A stretch of DNA of 64,000 bases from Chloroflexota bacterium (GTDB taxonomy: Bacteria; Chloroflexota; Dehalococcoidia; JAUQQI01). Below, one piece after another: positions 61,260-64,000 of this stretch. Position 1 is the stretch's first letter. Each line of letters opens with the position of its first letter. The position numbers and the translations under genes were made by a program. The notes under the pieces were generated by a model. The model saw only the letters and a list, made by a program, of their open reading frames with translations, was not told the origin of the DNA and ran no database searches. The stretch lies in NCBI GenBank assembly GCA_040289115.1, contig PSKS01000001.1:16081-80080 (forward strand), written 5' to 3'.

Positions 61260-62003
61260 GTGCCAGCCCTGACCGCGGCTGTCGTTGCCCTAGGCGTCTT
61301 CTTCGGGGGTTTTGTCAAAGCCACCCTCGGCCTCGGCTTTGGGGTAGCCTCGACCCCGATCTTAAGCCTGGTTCTGAATCCCCGACTGGCCATCACCATC
61401 CTGAGCATTCCCAGCTTCGTCTCCAGTCTCTGGGTAGCGGCCCAGGCCACCCGGAACTGGCAGGCCCTGCGGCCCCTGGGGCCCTTGATAATAGGAATTT
61501 TGCCCGGCGTGATCCTGGGGGCCTGGGCCCTCAAGGTCCTGCCCATCCGATGGGTCCAGTTGATGGTTGGCATTCTGGTGGTCTCTTACGTGGCGACCAC
61601 CCTTTTTAACCCCGAGTTTCAACTGCCGGCTGGCCTGGTAAAGCCCGTGGGGTTCATTGTGGGGGTAGTCACCGGGGTTCTGGTTTCTTTGGGCAACATT
61701 GCCGGGCCCATCCTGGCCATCTACCTCCGGAGCATCGGCTACGTGAAATTAGACTTCGTCTTCGGGGTAGGAGCCATCCTGACCATCTCCACGGGCGGCC
61801 AGGTGCTGAGCTACGCCGTTACGGGTCTACTTGGGCCCACCGAGGCCCTTTACGGCCTGCTTGCCTGCATTCCCCTGGCAATCGGAATGATGCTGGGCTT
61901 CGCCTTCCAGGCCCGGCTTTCGGTTCAGGCATACAACCGGGTCTTGCTGACAGCCCTTTTTCTACTCGGCCTGAACCTGATCGTTACGGGCCTTGTCGGC
62001 TAG
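61260..62003 (+). CDS. TauE/SafE family membrane exporter
   Basis: About 8 TM helices, with G.VKATLGLGFG and G.IAGP internal repeats. Confidence 0.82.
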   Translation: MPALTAAVVALGVFFGGFVKATLGLGFGVASTPILSLVLNPRLAITILSIPSFVSSLWVAAQATRNWQALRPLGPLIIGILPGVILGAWALKVLPIRWVQLMVGILVVSYVATTLFNPEFQLPAGLVKPVGFIVGVVTGVLVSLGNIAGPILAIYLRSIGYVKLDFVFGVGAILTISTGGQVLSYAVTGLLGPTEALYGLLACIPLAIGMMLGFAFQARLSVQAYNRVLLTALFLLGLNLIVTGLVG

Positions 62004-62027
62004 GCCGAATTCGCCCGAAAAGTTGTT

Positions 62028-62279
62028 TTACGAAGGGCCTGACCAGGGGCGTCGGGTTGGACGCCGCCGGAACCAGGCCTGAGGCCTGACGACGAACCGA
62101 CGCCCGTCGGTGCAGCGCAGAACCGCAGGCCGGCGCTGCCCCTTCAGCCAACGGTAAACCACCGACATCCGGCCGGGGGCTACGATGACGGTAAGCCAGG
62201 CCTTCCGAGCAACCAGGCAATTGCGGCGCAGGCGGCTCGAGCCCCGGGCCCACCGCGCCGCCCGGCGGCCCGACTTCAA
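62028..62279 (-). CDS. Hypothetical small basic protein (83 aa)
   Basis: TTG overlaps the nrdJ TGA, the ORF fills the gap, and third codon positions are GC-rich. No SD and no known motif. Confidence 0.3.
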   Translation of the reverse strand: MKSGRRAARWARGSSRLRRNCLVARKAWLTVIVAPGRMSVVYRWLKGQRRPAVLRCTDGRRFVVRPQAWFRRRPTRRPWSGPS

Positions 62280-64000
62280 CACTCGCTGTAGCCGCACGAA
62301 AGGCATTTGGCACATCCTTCCTCATAAACTAACGTTGCCTGGCCGCACTCGGGACAAAGGTCGGCGGTCTTACTGGCTGGGCCGGTCTCCACGACGGCGG
62401 TCTGGCCGGTGGAACCGGCTGTGCCGGCCGCCGCGGCTTCCCGGGCTACCTGTGGCCGGGCCTCGCCGACCTCTTCGGCCAGTACGTGGGCGATGGCGTC
62501 GGGCAGAGACCTTACCCGGCTCGGGCCGAAACCTAAAGGCCGGGCGCCCCCAATGTCCTTGAGCTGTTCCACCACCTGCCGGACCCGCTCCGTCGGGGTC
62601 ATTGGGGAGGGCAGCCTCAAGACCAGAGATATCAGCCGGCCGATGGCCTCGGCCACGGCCTGGACGTCAGACCCCGCCTTGCCCACGTTGATAAAGACCT
62701 CGAAGGGTTCGCCCGTCCCGTTCCGGTTAACGGTGATGAAGGCGGTGCCCAGCGGCGTCTCCTGCCGGTAGGTTCGGCCCTCCACCACATGGGGCCTCGG
62801 TTTAACCTGAAGGGTCGGGGGTGCCGAAGGCCCTTCGGCCGCCGCGGCGGGCCGAACCTGAAGGTTCAGCTTCGGCTTTGCGCCCAGATGGAGCACCTGC
62901 TGGCCTTTAGAGCCGTGTCGGAAGACGGTAATCCCCAGGCAGCCTAGCTCCCAGGCAAGCATATACGCCCGGGAAACGTCCTCACGGGTGGCCTCGTGGC
63001 GCAGGTTTATCGTCTTGGACACCCCGTTGTCGGTGTGCTTCTGGAAGGCCGCCTGCATCCGGACGTGCCACTCCGGGTCGACCTCGTGGGCGGTGACGAA
63101 CACCCGCCGGATATCCGCCGGTATGGACTCGATGTCCTGTAGGGTACCCTGCTCGATGACCCGCTCCATTATCTCCGGTTGGTAGATCCCCCGCCGGCGG
63201 GCCACCTCCTCGAAGATGGGATTTATAAACGTCAGGTGCCGCTCGCCGACGATGTGGGAGTAGGCGATGGCAAATAAAGGCTCGATACCCGAGGAGCAGC
63301 CAGCGATGATGGAGATGGTCCCGGTTGGGGCGATGGTAGTGACGGTGGCGTTTCTTAAGGGCCGCCCGTCCCGGTAGATGCTGTGGGGCCAGTTGGGGAA
63401 GGGTCCCCGCTCGACGGCCAGGCGGGCCGACTCATCGTGGCCGACCTCCCGGATGAATCCCATCACCCTTTCAGCCAGCGTTACCGCCTCTTCGGAGTCG
63501 TAGGGGATACCCAGCAGAAGGAGCATGTCCGCCCAGCCCATCACCCCCAGGCCGATCCGGCGGTTCGCCTTGACCTGGGCGTCGATCTCCTTCAACGGGT
63601 ACGGGTTCACCTCGATAACGTCATCGAGGAATTGGACGGCCAGCCGGGTCGTCCGCTCCAGCCCCGCCCAGTCGATGCGGGCCTCGGCCGCCTTAAGGTC
63701 CTGGACCCATTCGCCGGGCTTTACGAATTTGGCCAGGTTAATCGACCCGAGGTTGCAGGCATCGTTGGGCGCCAGGGGCTGCTCGCCGCAGTTGTGGACC
63801 ACAAACCCGCCGGCATCGAAGGCGTTTACTCCCGGAACCTGGACGTCGTAGACGGGTTCTTCACCGTCGGGTAAAATCGCGGCCACCCGGGCAACGAATC
63901 GATCCGGTTCCACCGGCTTCGCCGGTCGGCGTCGATAGCGCCCGAGCAGGGCTTCGAGACGTCTGCGTTTGGCCGGGTCGGCAAAGCCGACGGCCTTGGC
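62276..64000 (-). CDS. nrdJ: Adenosylcobalamin-dependent class II ribonucleotide reductase with intein and C-terminal TSCPD/zinc ribbon, 5'-truncated
   Basis: CGEQPL, ACNLGSINL, RRIGLGVMG, TIAPTGTISI, SSGIEP, VSKTINL, PFEVF and CPECG...EEGC..C..CGYSEC motifs. The frame is open to 64000. Confidence 0.93.
   Translation of the reverse strand, partial: AKAVGFADPAKRRRLEALLGRYRRRPAKPVEPDRFVARVAAILPDGEEPVYDVQVPGVNAFDAGGFVVHNCGEQPLAPNDACNLGSINLAKFVKPGEWVQDLKAAEARIDWAGLERTTRLAVQFLDDVIEVNPYPLKEIDAQVKANRRIGLGVMGWADMLLLLGIPYDSEEAVTLAERVMGFIREVGHDESARLAVERGPFPNWPHSIYRDGRPLRNATVTTIAPTGTISIIAGCSSGIEPLFAIAYSHIVGERHLTFINPIFEEVARRRGIYQPEIMERVIEQGTLQDIESIPADIRRVFVTAHEVDPEWHVRMQAAFQKHTDNGVSKTINLRHEATREDVSRAYMLAWELGCLGITVFRHGSKGQQVLHLGAKPKLNLQVRPAAAAEGPSAPPTLQVKPRPHVVEGRTYRQETPLGTAFITVNRNGTGEPFEVFINVGKAGSDVQAVAEAIGRLISLVLRLPSPMTPTERVRQVVEQLKDIGGARPLGFGPSRVRSLPDAIAHVLAEEVGEARPQVAREAAAAGTAGSTGQTAVVETGPASKTADLCPECGQATLVYEEGCAKCLSCGYSEC
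63791..64000 (-). mobile_element. Intein C-terminal part (blocks H/F/G), probably with a LAGLIDADG endonuclease
   Basis: VGFADPAKRRRL...VYDVQVPGVNAFDAGGFVVHN followed by extein Cys (63788-63790). Confidence 0.93.

Overview
A GC-rich, very gene-dense bacterial chromosomal window, probably from Chloroflexota (Dehalococcoidia-like). That assignment is inferred from the gene families and not proven. About 57 CDS are mostly housekeeping and envelope genes: sppA, nfi, prfB with a +1 programmed frameshift, a stand-alone dnaK behind a two-component system, tsaD, tatA, acuC, pyrE, dtd, rpsU-yqeY-pgpH, mdh, glgA, surE, prmA-rsmE, aspS, murT-gatD, and a class II ribonucleotide reductase with an intein at its catalytic cysteine. 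I saw no CRISPR array, tRNA, rRNA, transposase or prophage. The most notable items are: (1) a self-contained DUF59 / amidohydrolase-fold / Zn-alcohol dehydrogenase operon of the type usually found beside group-5 propane monooxygenases, here with no monooxygenase; (2) a surface-glycosylation locus (fused Wzz-tyrosine kinase, three GT-C-type membrane proteins and one eroded paralogue) that shares a bidirectional, near-leaderless promoter with murT-gatD; (3) a structured 440-bp prmA-aspS intergenic region hiding a 61-codon frame with one internal stop; (4) tandem 11-bp-period boxes upstream of dnaK; (5) a GalT-like HxHxQ protein coupled to glgA. All product calls come from motif recognition by eye, with no database search.
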